From: an uncultured Solirubrobacterales bacterium
GTDB taxonomy: Bacteria > Actinomycetota > Thermoleophilia > Solirubrobacterales > Solirubrobacteraceae
Direction: 5' to 3'
DNA length: 64,000 bases
NCBI GenBank assembly: GCA_963834625.1
Contig: CAWICM010000009.1
Coordinates: forward strand, 426,706 to 490,705
The notes beneath the pieces are model-generated. The model was not told where the DNA came from and did no database searches. It saw only the letters and a list, made by a program, of their open reading frames with translations. Made by a program: the position numbers and the translations under genes. This document shows positions 47,261 to 56,296 of the stretch, piece by piece. The stretch's first letter is position 1. The number at the start of each line of letters is the position of its first letter.

Positions 47261-48229
47261 ATGAGCGCGGCGGTCGTGGAAGGACGCCTGACCGCATCGC
47301 GCGACGCTCCCGTGGGCGGCCAGGCCGTGCTCGAGGGCGTGATGATGCGCGGCGTCAACAGCTGGGCGCTGGCCGTGCGCAAGCCGCCCGAGTCCGAGAC
47401 CTCGCAGGGGGAGATCGACGTGCAGGCGTTCCCGCTGCAGTCGTGGGCGCGGCGCCGTCGGGTCTACCGGCTGCCGGTGATCCGCGGGGTCGTCGCGCTG
47501 GTCGAGTCGCTCGCCATCGGCATGCGAGCGCTGGGGCTGTCCGCCAACGCCCAGCTCCCCGAGGAGGATCAGGAGATCTCGAGCGGGGCCTGGATCGGGA
47601 CGGTGGCGGTGGCCTCGCTGTTCGCGATCGGGCTGTTCTTCGTCGTGCCGGTCGGGCTGACCAGCCTGATCAAGCATCAACTCGGCTCCTCAGTGGCGTT
47701 CTGGGCGGTCGAAGGAGTGCTCCGGACGTCGATCTTCCTCGGCTACCTGGTGCTGCTCTCGCGCGTGCGCGACCTGCGGCGGGTGTTCGAGTACCACGGC
47801 GCCGAGCACAAGGCGATCTCCTGCTACGAGGCCTCGGACGAACTGACCCCGCAGCGCGCCGCCTTGTATTCGCGCCTGCACCCCCGCTGCGGCACCAGCT
47901 TCCTGCTGATCGTGATGATCATGGCGATCTTCGTGTTCGCCCCGGTCGGCCTGCCGGCGTGGTGGATCCTTGTCATCACCCGGATCGTCGGCGTGCCGCT
48001 GATCGCGGGTCTGTCCTTTGAGGTGATCAAGTGGGCGGGGCGCAACCGCCGCCACGGCTGGGTCCGTGCGGTCATGTATCCCGGGTTGCAGCTCCAGCGG
48101 CTGACCACCCGGGAGCCCGACCTCGATCAGCTGGCGGTGTCGATCGCCGCTCTCAAGGCGGTGCTGGCCCGCCAGGAAGGCTCCGGCGTCTCAGCCGAGG
48201 ATCTGGTCGGGCTCGAAGTGGTCGCCTGA
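47261..48229 (+). CDS. DUF1385 family membrane protein
   Basis: GGQAVLEGVMMRG, FEYHGAEHK, HPRCGTSF and Q.LTTREP. Confidence 0.92.
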   Translation: MSAAVVEGRLTASRDAPVGGQAVLEGVMMRGVNSWALAVRKPPESETSQGEIDVQAFPLQSWARRRRVYRLPVIRGVVALVESLAIGMRALGLSANAQLPEEDQEISSGAWIGTVAVASLFAIGLFFVVPVGLTSLIKHQLGSSVAFWAVEGVLRTSIFLGYLVLLSRVRDLRRVFEYHGAEHKAISCYEASDELTPQRAALYSRLHPRCGTSFLLIVMIMAIFVFAPVGLPAWWILVITRIVGVPLIAGLSFEVIKWAGRNRRHGWVRAVMYPGLQLQRLTTREPDLDQLAVSIAALKAVLARQEGSGVSAEDLVGLEVVA

Positions 48230-48283
48230 GCCGGCGGGTCGCCTGACCCGGCCGCCCCGGCCGGGCCTACACTCGGCTAGGAC

Positions 48284-49336
48284 ATGATCGATGAGTTGGT
48301 CTCGCAGATCGAGGCGCGGTTCGGAGAGCTCCAGGGGGAGCTGTCTGACCCCGCGGTGATCGGCGACCGGCAACGGTTCGCCGCGGGCAGCCGTGCCTAT
48401 CGCGAGCTCGAGCCCGCTGCCCGTCTGGCCTCCGAGTACCGGCGGGCTCTGGACGATGCCGAGGGCGCGCGCGAGCTGCTGGCCGAGGACGGCGACGACG
48501 CCGAGCTGCGCGCGATGCTCGAGTCCGCGCGGGAGCGGATGGCCGAGCTCGAGGAGGAGATCCGCCTCGCGATGGTCGAGCGCGACCCCAACGACGACAA
48601 GAACGTGATCGTCGAGATCCGGCCCGGCGCCGGTGGCGAGGAGGCCGGCCTGTGGGCGGGCGACCTGTACCGGATGTTCACGCGCTACGCCGAGCGGCGG
48701 GGCTTCACGGTCGAGCCGCTGTCGATCGGCGATGGGACGTACACGTTCGCGGTAAAGGGCGATGGGGCGTACTCGGTGTTCAAGTTCGAGGGCGGGACGC
48801 ACCGCGTCCAACGCGTCCCCGAGACGGAGTCCCAGGGCAGGATCCACACCTCGACGGCCACCGTCGCGGTGCTCCCCGAGGCCGAGGACGTCGAGGTCGA
48901 GATCGATCCCGGGGACCTGCAGATCGACGTGTACCGGAGCTCGGGGCCGGGCGGGCAGTCGGTCAACACCACCGATTCCGCGGTCCGGATCACGCACAAG
49001 CCCTCGGGCATCGTGGTCTCGATGCAGGACGAGAAGTCCCAGCTGCAGAACCGCGAGCGCGCCATGCGGGTGCTGCGGGCGCGTTTGTATGAACGCGCAC
49101 TGGCCGAGCAGCAGGCCGCCGTGGCCGCCTCGCGCGCGGCGCAGGTCGGCACCGGCGAGCGGGCCGAGAAGATCCGCACCTACAACTTTCCCGAGCGCCG
49201 CGTGACCGACCACCGCATCGGCCTCCGCCTTCACAACCTCGACGGGATCCTGATGGGTGAGCTAGACGAGCTCACAGCGGCGCTCCAGGACGACGAGAAG
49301 CGCCGACGTCTCGAAGAGAAGGCCTCGGTTGCCTGA
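48284..49336 (+). CDS. prfA: Peptide chain release factor 1
   Basis: GGEEA, HRVQRVPETE, GGQ and IRTYNFP. Confidence 0.96.
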   Translation: MIDELVSQIEARFGELQGELSDPAVIGDRQRFAAGSRAYRELEPAARLASEYRRALDDAEGARELLAEDGDDAELRAMLESARERMAELEEEIRLAMVERDPNDDKNVIVEIRPGAGGEEAGLWAGDLYRMFTRYAERRGFTVEPLSIGDGTYTFAVKGDGAYSVFKFEGGTHRVQRVPETESQGRIHTSTATVAVLPEAEDVEVEIDPGDLQIDVYRSSGPGGQSVNTTDSAVRITHKPSGIVVSMQDEKSQLQNRERAMRVLRARLYERALAEQQAAVAASRAAQVGTGERAEKIRTYNFPERRVTDHRIGLRLHNLDGILMGELDELTAALQDDEKRRRLEEKASVA

Positions 49337-50144
49337 GCTCGGAGCGGTGCCCTCAGTCGCAGACGCCCTACGCGACGCGACGTCCCGCCTGGACGCGTCC
49401 GACACTCCCCGGCTCGACGCCGAGCTGCTCCTGGCGCATGCGTTAGGCGTCGGGCGGGAGCGACTCGTGCTCGATGCGAGTGAGGAGCTCTCCGGCGAGT
49501 CCTTGGCGCGGTTCGACGCGCTGGTGGAGCGGCGCGAGGCGTGCGAGCCCGTGGCCTACATCCTGGGACGCAAGGAATTTCGGCGGATCACGCTGTCCGT
49601 GGATCGCCGCGTGCTCATCCCTCGGCCGGAGACCGAGCTGCTGGTCGAGATCGGGCTGGGGTTGGCGCCCGGGGCGTCGGTGGTCGACGTGGGGACCGGG
49701 AGCGGGTCGGTCGCGCTGGCTTTGAAGGACGAGCGCCCCGACCTCGACGTGTGGGCGACCGAGGTGGATGCCGATGCGCTGGCCGTCGCGCGCGAGAACG
49801 GCCGCCGGCTGGGGATCGCGGTTGAGTTCGTCCAGGCGGATCTGCTGGAAGGCGTCTCGCGCCCGTTCGACGCGGTGCTGGCCAATCTGCCCTACGTCGC
49901 CGAGGGCTCGCAGCTCCCACCCGACATCGCCGGCTATGAGCCCGGCGTGGCCCTGTTCGGTGGCCCCGACGGGCTCGACCCGGTCCGGCGATTGCTGCCG
50001 ATGGTGACCGAAGTCCCGCTGATCGCGCTCGAGGTGTGGCTGGCCGAGGCGGCGGCGTCGCTGCTCCGCGACGCGGGTTTCCGCTCGGTTGAACGCCTGC
50101 GCGACCTGGCCGGATATGAGCGAGTTGTCCTCGGGCGGCGTTGA
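49329..50144 (+). CDS. prmC: Release factor glutamine methyltransferase
   Basis: EPVAYILG, LIPRPETE, DVGTGSG and ANLPY. Confidence 0.94.
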   Translation: MPELGAVPSVADALRDATSRLDASDTPRLDAELLLAHALGVGRERLVLDASEELSGESLARFDALVERREACEPVAYILGRKEFRRITLSVDRRVLIPRPETELLVEIGLGLAPGASVVDVGTGSGSVALALKDERPDLDVWATEVDADALAVARENGRRLGIAVEFVQADLLEGVSRPFDAVLANLPYVAEGSQLPPDIAGYEPGVALFGGPDGLDPVRRLLPMVTEVPLIALEVWLAEAAASLLRDAGFRSVERLRDLAGYERVVLGRR

Positions 50145-51316
50145 GTAGCGACCGGGACGCGTTCGAGGAGTGCATCGGGGCGGGGGGGCTCGTCCTGTTC
50201 CCCGCCGACACCGTCTACGGGCTGGCCTGCGATCCCGAGAACCGGTTCGCGGTCGAGCGGCTATACCTGCTGAAGCGGCGCAGTCTGGACAAGCCCTCGG
50301 CCGTGATGTTCTGGGGCGTTGAAGACGCTTTTGGCGCGGTGCCCGAGTTGGGCGAGCGCACGCGGGCGGCGATGGCGCGGGTGCTGCCGGGGCCGGTGAG
50401 CGTGCTCGTGCCCAACCCGGGCGGGCGATTTTCCTTGGCGTGCGGCGGGGATCTGTCGACGCTGGGGGTGCGGGTCCCGTCGCTGCCGTGGCTGGAGGGC
50501 GTGCGTCAGCCGGTATTGCAATCGAGCGCCAACCGCGCCGGCGGGCCCGACCCACGTCGCCTGGAGGACGTGCCGGCGCTGCTGCGGGCGGCGGTGGACC
50601 TGGTGATCGACGGTGGCGAGTTACCGGGCACGCCGTCGACGGTGATCGATCTGCGGCGCTACGAGGAGGACGGCGAGTGGGCGGTCGTGCGGGCCGGCGC
50701 GGTCGGTGAGCGCGAGCTGACCGAGGCGCTTCACTGGCAGTACCACTTCGACGCGGTCACGTATACGGACGAGATCCGCGGCGACATTCCGGCCTACGAC
50801 GAGTTCCAGGATTCAGTGGCTTGCGCCAGCGGGGACGGCGCCCGGCGGATTCTGGACCTCGGCACCGGGACCGGCGAGACCGCGCGCCGGATGCTGGTTC
50901 GTCATCCCGAGGCGTTTTTGGTGGGCGTCGACGAGAACGAGGGGATGCTGGCGGTGGCTGGGGCTCAGCTGCCGTCCTTGCGGGTCGAGCTGCGCGTGGG
51001 GCGGATCGAGGAGCCGCTGCCCGAGGGCTCGTTCGATGTGGTGACGAGCGCGTTGTGCGTGCATCACCTGGACGCGGGTGGGAAGGCCGATCTGTTCTCT
51101 CGCGTGCACTCGGTGCTCGTGCCGGGCGGGCTGTTCGTGCTGGGTGACGTGGTGGTACCGGTCGATCCGGCTTTGGCGGTTACGCCCCTCACGCCTGGGT
51201 ATGATCGGCCGAGCCCGCTGGCCGATCAATTGGACTGGCTCTCGGCGGCCGGTTTCGAGCCTCGCGTGGTGTGGGAGCAGGGCGATCTGGCGGTCGTCGC
51301 GGCACGGCGAAAGTAA
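50141..51316 (+). CDS. tsaC: TsaC/Sua5 threonylcarbamoyl-AMP synthase fused to a class I SAM methyltransferase
   Basis: N-terminal half: DTVYGL, KR...KP, PGP, SSAN, PSTV. C-terminal half: LDLGTGTG, SALCVHHL, GGLFVLGD. Confidence 0.85.
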   Translation: MSSDRDAFEECIGAGGLVLFPADTVYGLACDPENRFAVERLYLLKRRSLDKPSAVMFWGVEDAFGAVPELGERTRAAMARVLPGPVSVLVPNPGGRFSLACGGDLSTLGVRVPSLPWLEGVRQPVLQSSANRAGGPDPRRLEDVPALLRAAVDLVIDGGELPGTPSTVIDLRRYEEDGEWAVVRAGAVGERELTEALHWQYHFDAVTYTDEIRGDIPAYDEFQDSVACASGDGARRILDLGTGTGETARRMLVRHPEAFLVGVDENEGMLAVAGAQLPSLRVELRVGRIEEPLPEGSFDVVTSALCVHHLDAGGKADLFSRVHSVLVPGGLFVLGDVVVPVDPALAVTPLTPGYDRPSPLADQLDWLSAAGFEPRVVWEQGDLAVVAARRK

Positions 51317-51378
51317 CCCTCGAATGGTCGCCGGCCGATAACTACGGTGACCGATTCCGTTGCTAAGGTCGTACTCGA

Positions 51379-52677
51379 GTGAGCGCTGTCGATCTGCCGT
51401 CCGATTTCTTCAATCGGCCTCTGTCCGAGGTCGATCCGGAGATCTCCGAGGTGCTGGCGCTGGAGCTCGAGCGTCAGCAGCGAACGCTCGAGATGATCGC
51501 GTCGGAGAACTTCGTCCCGATGGCGGTGCTCGAGTGCCAGGGGTCGGTGCTCACCAACAAGTACGCCGAGGGCTATCCGGGCAAGCGCTACTACGGCGGG
51601 TGCGAGCACGTCGACTCGGCCGAGCGACTGGCGATCAAGCGTGCGCTGGAGCTGTTCGGCGCCGAGCACGCCAACGTCCAGCCCCATTCGGGCGCGCAGG
51701 CCAACATCGCCGTCTACCACGCGCTGTTGGAGCCCGGCGACACCGTGATGGGCCTGGAGCTCTCCCACGGCGGCCACTTGACCCACGGCATGCGGATCAA
51801 CGTCTCGGGCCGGCTGTACGACATCGCTCCCTACCACGTCGACCGCGAGACCGGGCTGATCGACATGGACGAGGTGCAGCGGATCGCGCAGGAGCGACAG
51901 CCCAAGATGATCCTCGCCGGCTGGTCGGCCTACCCACGGTTCCTTGACTTCGAGCGCTTCCGGGCGATCGCCGACGAGGTCGGCGCCTATCTCGTCGTCG
52001 ACATGGCGCACTTCGCCGGCCTGGTCGCGGCGGGGCTCCATCCTTCGCCGATCCCATACGCGGACGTCGTGACCACGACCATCCACAAGACGATCGGCGG
52101 CGGGCGCGGCGGGCTGATCCTGTGCCGCGAGGAGTACGCCAAGCGGATCGACTCCGGGGTGTTCCCGGGCCAGCAGGGCGGGCCGCTGGAGCACATCATC
52201 GCCGGCAAGGCGGTGGCGCTGCGGATCGCCCAGTCCGAGGCCTTCCGCGAGCGCCAGGAGCGCACCGTGGTCGGCGCCCGGGCGGTGGCGGCCGAGCTTT
52301 TGCGCGCCGGCGGAGGCGTGAGCGTGCTGACGGGCGGCACCGACGTGCATCTGGTTTTGTGCGATCTGCGGGAGTCCTCGCTGGACGGCCAGCAGGCCGA
52401 GGACCGGCTGCACTCGATCGGAATCACCGTGAACCGCAACGCCGTGCCGTTCGACCCGCGCCCACCGGCGGTGTCCAGCGGGCTGCGGATCGGCACACCG
52501 GCGCTGGCCACGCGTGGCCTGCAGCTGGATGACTTCGTCGAGGTCGGCATGATCATCGCCGAGGCTCTCGGCCAGGACGACTTCGATTCTCGTCGCGGGG
52601 ATCTTGGGGACCGTGCGTCGGCCATCGCCGAGCGCTATCCGCTGTACCCGCGCGTCGGCGCCGCGGCGATCGTCTAG
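51379..52677 (+). CDS. glyA: Serine hydroxymethyltransferase
   Basis: [36 protein letters not shown] and SGLRIGT. Confidence 0.97.
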   Translation: MSAVDLPSDFFNRPLSEVDPEISEVLALELERQQRTLEMIASENFVPMAVLECQGSVLTNKYAEGYPGKRYYGGCEHVDSAERLAIKRALELFGAEHANVQPHSGAQANIAVYHALLEPGDTVMGLELSHGGHLTHGMRINVSGRLYDIAPYHVDRETGLIDMDEVQRIAQERQPKMILAGWSAYPRFLDFERFRAIADEVGAYLVVDMAHFAGLVAAGLHPSPIPYADVVTTTIHKTIGGGRGGLILCREEYAKRIDSGVFPGQQGGPLEHIIAGKAVALRIAQSEAFRERQERTVVGARAVAAELLRAGGGVSVLTGGTDVHLVLCDLRESSLDGQQAEDRLHSIGITVNRNAVPFDPRPPAVSSGLRIGTPALATRGLQLDDFVEVGMIIAEALGQDDFDSRRGDLGDRASAIAERYPLYPRVGAAAIV

Positions 52678-52774
52678 GGATCGTCAAAACTTCGTTCCAA
52701 CTCGGTTCCGTTTGGGGCTGGGGCGGGTCGGCGGGACGATTCCGGGTTGATACTGGCCATCGTGAGCCAGAGAC

Positions 52775-52945
52775 GACGCGTAAAACACGTCACGCCGACC
52801 CGGCTCCCGGAGGCGTGACGAATTGTCCGCCTGGGGGATGGCTGAGTCGTCACGCCCGGCGAGCGGCGGGAGGCGTGACGAATTGTCCGCCTGGGGGACG
52901 GCTGATTCGTCACGCCTAGCGAGCAGCGGGAGGCGTGACGCGTAA
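52775..52945. repeat. 60-bp-period array of three hairpins, flanked by a 9-bp direct repeat
   Basis: CGTCACGCC-N15-GGCGTGACG at 52788, 52848 and 52908, with near-identical 27-nt linkers; GACGCGTAA at 52775 and 52937. Confidence 0.9.
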
Positions 52946-53826
52946 TGCGTGCCGTGGAGAGCGGGATCGCCCGGATCGCCGCGCGTCAGGACAACGTGAT
53001 CACGCTGGGGCAGCTGCTCGCGGCGGGCCTTGGCCCCGACGCGGTGGCGTACCGCGTCAAGGCTCGCATCATGCAACGGCTCCACCGCGGCGTCTTCCTG
53101 CTCGGCGCTGCGCCACCGACACGGATGGCGCGTGCCCGGGCCGCGGTGATGGCATGCGGTGACGGTGCGGTGCTCAGCCATCGCTCAGCCGCAGAGTTGT
53201 TCGCTTTGCTGGTGGAGAGCGATCGAGAGGTCGACGTTACGGTGGTGGGGCGCAACCCGGGCGTCCACTCGGGGGTTCGGCTTCATCGCCCACGGGCGCT
53301 GGCCCGCGCGGATCTGACGAATGTGCGTGGCGTCGCCGTCACCTCGATCGCGCGGACGATCTGCGACATGGCCGCCACTGAGCCAGCCAAGCACGTCGAG
53401 CATGCCTACCAGGAGGCGCTGTATCGGCGGATCGTGACCGAGCGACACATGGCGGCGGTCCTCAAGCGCGAGCCGAGCCGGCGGGGCGCGTCGGTGATCC
53501 GTGCCCTACTCGAAGACCCGGGGATGACGCGGTCGGAGAAGGAGCGGGCGCTGCTGAAGCTCCTCAGGCAGGCCCAGCTGCCCAAGCCGCTCACCAACGT
53601 ACGCCTGCATGGGTATCTGGTCGACGCGTACTGGCCGGACCACGGCCTCGTCCTGGAGTTCGACGGCTGGCAGGCCCACGGCCACCGGTCGGCGTTCGAA
53701 AAGGACCGCAAACGCGACCAGGTGCTGCTCGCCAACGGCTTGCGGGTCATCCGGGTGACCGACCGGCAACTGAAGTACGAGCCGGTTGCGGTGGCCGCTC
53801 GGATCGCGATGGCCCTCAGGGGGTGA
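52945..53826 (+). CDS. AbiEi-like N-terminal domain plus DUF559 (Vsr-like) endonuclease domain protein
   Basis: AARQ..VIT..QL..AG...RLHRGVF at the N-terminus; RS..E, VD.YW, LEFDG...H, DR.RD..L...G.RVIRVT at the C-terminus. Confidence 0.9.
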   Translation: MRAVESGIARIAARQDNVITLGQLLAAGLGPDAVAYRVKARIMQRLHRGVFLLGAAPPTRMARARAAVMACGDGAVLSHRSAAELFALLVESDREVDVTVVGRNPGVHSGVRLHRPRALARADLTNVRGVAVTSIARTICDMAATEPAKHVEHAYQEALYRRIVTERHMAAVLKREPSRRGASVIRALLEDPGMTRSEKERALLKLLRQAQLPKPLTNVRLHGYLVDAYWPDHGLVLEFDGWQAHGHRSAFEKDRKRDQVLLANGLRVIRVTDRQLKYEPVAVAARIAMALRG

Positions 53827-54918
53827 CTACTCGAACGCCGCCACGGTCGCGAGGATCACGAACGCGGCCATCAGCGCCGCGCCCTCGAACACGGTGGCCT
53901 CGCCGTCGCCGGTGATCTGCCACATGATGATCGCGGTCCCGATCAGCGCGCCGATGTACACCGGCGCGAGGGCGAACGTCAGCGTGGTGGGGGTGAGCAG
54001 CGAGACGAGCACCAGCACCGGGTACAGGAACGCGGCGATCTGCGAGACGGAGTTCTTGACCACCGCGATCGCGAGGTCGGGGTGGCCCTTAGCGGCGAGC
54101 ACCACGCCGACCGCGTGCTCGACCGCGTTGCCGGCGATGGCCACGATGACCAGGCCGGCGAACGCCTTGGAGATGTGCAGGGTGTGGATCGTCGGCTCGA
54201 GCGCGTTGACGAACCAATCGGAGACGAAGGCCGAGGCGGCTCCGGCCCCGATGAGCAGGACGATGCTCGCCACGAACCCCAACCGGGCGTGGCCGCGCCC
54301 TTCCCCGATGTTGGCGTCCGCAGCGGTGAGGTATTGGCGCAGCCAGGTCACGTACACGAACAGGATCGCCACCGCCCCGACGATCGAGATCGTCTTGACG
54401 TGATGGCTGGCCGCATCGCCGGCCGAGTTGGTCAGCCCGATCAGCACGATGATGAACGAGGCGACCAGCATCAATGTGGCGGTGTCGTTGGGGAGCCGGG
54501 CATTGAAGCGCATCACGCCGTCGTTCTCGCGCCGGGCGCCGACCACGATCACCAGCCCGAGCACGAGCAGCGCATTGACCAGGATCGAACCGAGGATCGC
54601 CGTCTCGGCGACCACCTTCTCCCCGGCCTGGAGCGCGAACAGCACGACGAAGAACTCGGGCAGATTCCCGACCGTCGCCTGCATGACACCCGTCACCGCG
54701 GGGCCCAGCCGCTCCCCGACCTGCTCGGTGGCAAAGGCCACGATCCAGGCCATGCCGGCGAGTGCGAGGGTCGCCAGCACGAAGGCCACGATGCGGGACA
54801 CACCGTGGGCGTAACGGGTGACGCCCGCCAGCACGGCGACCAGCGTGACCGCCGCCAGGAGTCCCTTCTCGCTTCGGGTCAGCCCGCTCGGCCGCGTGTC
54901 GGCCGCAGCAGCTCCCAC
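53827..54918 (-). CDS. Ca2+/H+ antiporter (CAX/ChaA family)
   Basis: GNLPE and GNAVEH alpha-repeat motifs in a polytopic membrane protein. Confidence 0.9.
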   Translation of the reverse strand: MGAAAADTRPSGLTRSEKGLLAAVTLVAVLAGVTRYAHGVSRIVAFVLATLALAGMAWIVAFATEQVGERLGPAVTGVMQATVGNLPEFFVVLFALQAGEKVVAETAILGSILVNALLVLGLVIVVGARRENDGVMRFNARLPNDTATLMLVASFIIVLIGLTNSAGDAASHHVKTISIVGAVAILFVYVTWLRQYLTAADANIGEGRGHARLGFVASIVLLIGAGAASAFVSDWFVNALEPTIHTLHISKAFAGLVIVAIAGNAVEHAVGVVLAAKGHPDLAIAVVKNSVSQIAAFLYPVLVLVSLLTPTTLTFALAPVYIGALIGTAIIMWQITGDGEATVFEGAALMAAFVILATVAAFE

Positions 54919-54938
54919 CTAGTGCCCCTCCGGCGGCA

Positions 54939-56147
54939 CTAGCCCACCCGCTCGAACTCGCCGGTCTCGACCTCGCGCTGTACGCGCTCGTCGATCTCGT
55001 GCTCGCTGCTGGCGGGTTCGGTCGTGCGCAGCTCCCGGATTCGCCGGTTCTTGAACTTGAGGATCTCGAGCAGGTAGATCAGATACACGCTGGCGGCCAG
55101 GGCGATCACGCCGATGGCCGCCATCACCAGCAGCCACCCCAAGTGGTAGGTCCCGTCGTGGTTGGAGTAGGGGATGAAGCGAAGCGCGACGGCCACGCAG
55201 GCCAGCATCAAGGTCCACCCGTACAGGTAGGCGACCGTGCGGCGCTGGCTGTAGCCCATGCGCGCCATCCGATGGTGGAAGTGGTTCGTGTCGGCCGACC
55301 AGGGCTTGCGCCTGTACTTCAGGCGCTTGGCCACGACGAACCCGGTGTCCAGGAACGGCACCGCGAGCAGGATCAGCGGCACGACGAGGGTGACCACCGC
55401 GCCGGTCTTGATCGAGCCGACCACGGCCACTACGCCGAGCAGGTAGCCGAGCAGATTCGCGCCGCAGTCGCCCATCAACGACGAGGCGGGGTAGAAGTTG
55501 TGGAACAGGAAGCCGAGCGAGGCTCCGGCGGTGAGGGCGGCCAGCACTCCCGCCCCCGGCACGTTGAGGTCGAACGCGATGATCGCGAACGCGACCCCCT
55601 CGATCGTGCACAAACCGGCGGCCAGCCCGTCGATCCCGTCGGAGAGGTTGACGACGTTCATCATCCCGACCAGCCAGATCACGGTCAGCACGCCGCCGGC
55701 GTTGGGGAGCTGGAGCGTGCCGGCGAACGGGATCGTCACGTCGGTCACCACCACGCCACCCTTCACGGCGATCAACGCCGCCGCGATCTGGCCCAGGAGC
55801 TTCGCCAGCGGCTTGAGCGGACGGGCGTCGTCGATCGCGCCGACCAGCGCGATCAGGCACGCGCCGGCCACGATCGTCCAGGTGTGCACGATTCCTCCGG
55901 CGCCGGGGGCGGTTCCGGCCGTGTGGCGCAGGCTGATCGTTTCCGGCAGCCAGATCAGCGCCCCGAGCAGGACGCCGGCCAGGATGGCCAGGCCACCCAG
56001 CGCGGGCGTGGCGCGCTCGGCCAGTCCGCGCTCGGAGGGCATGACGACCGCGCCGACCCGTCGCGCAAGGCGGGAGGTCAACGGCGTCAGGATGGTGGCG
56101 ACCGCGGTCGCGACCAGGAATGCGAAGAAGGCGTCCCAGTACCGCAT
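54939..56147 (-). CDS. MraY/WecA family (GT4) polyprenyl-phosphate sugar-1-phosphate transferase
   Basis: GAIDD, NVVNLSDGIDGLA, FHNFYPA..LMGD.G and D.NHFHH. Confidence 0.93.
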   Translation of the reverse strand: MRYWDAFFAFLVATAVATILTPLTSRLARRVGAVVMPSERGLAERATPALGGLAILAGVLLGALIWLPETISLRHTAGTAPGAGGIVHTWTIVAGACLIALVGAIDDARPLKPLAKLLGQIAAALIAVKGGVVVTDVTIPFAGTLQLPNAGGVLTVIWLVGMMNVVNLSDGIDGLAAGLCTIEGVAFAIIAFDLNVPGAGVLAALTAGASLGFLFHNFYPASSLMGDCGANLLGYLLGVVAVVGSIKTGAVVTLVVPLILLAVPFLDTGFVVAKRLKYRRKPWSADTNHFHHRMARMGYSQRRTVAYLYGWTLMLACVAVALRFIPYSNHDGTYHLGWLLVMAAIGVIALAASVYLIYLLEILKFKNRRIRELRTTEPASSEHEIDERVQREVETGEFERVG

Positions 56148-56244
56148 GCCGTCAGGGAAGCATGCCAGCAGCGCAGGACTGGTGCGCGAACCGGCCGGAC
56201 CGCCCACCGTACGCGCGCGAGTCCGGACCTCGCGAGCGGGACAA

Positions 56245-56279
56245 AATCTGCTATCTTACGTTTACGTAAGCTTCAGATT
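56245..56279. promoter_or_regulatory. MerR-type palindromic operator candidate upstream of the MFS-MerR operon
   Basis: CTTACGT-TT-ACGTAAG (56255-56270) nested in AATCTG/CAGATT. Confidence 0.65.
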
Positions 56280-56296
56280 CAGAGATTCGGAGGATC

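Noticed and set aside
52788-52940. CRISPR array
   Set aside because: Only three units, the variable parts are 15 nt and loops 2 and 3 are near-identical, the repeats are inverted pairs, and no cas gene is in the window.
52945-53826. Complete AbiE type IV toxin-antitoxin system
   Set aside because: No AbiEii nucleotidyltransferase gene follows.
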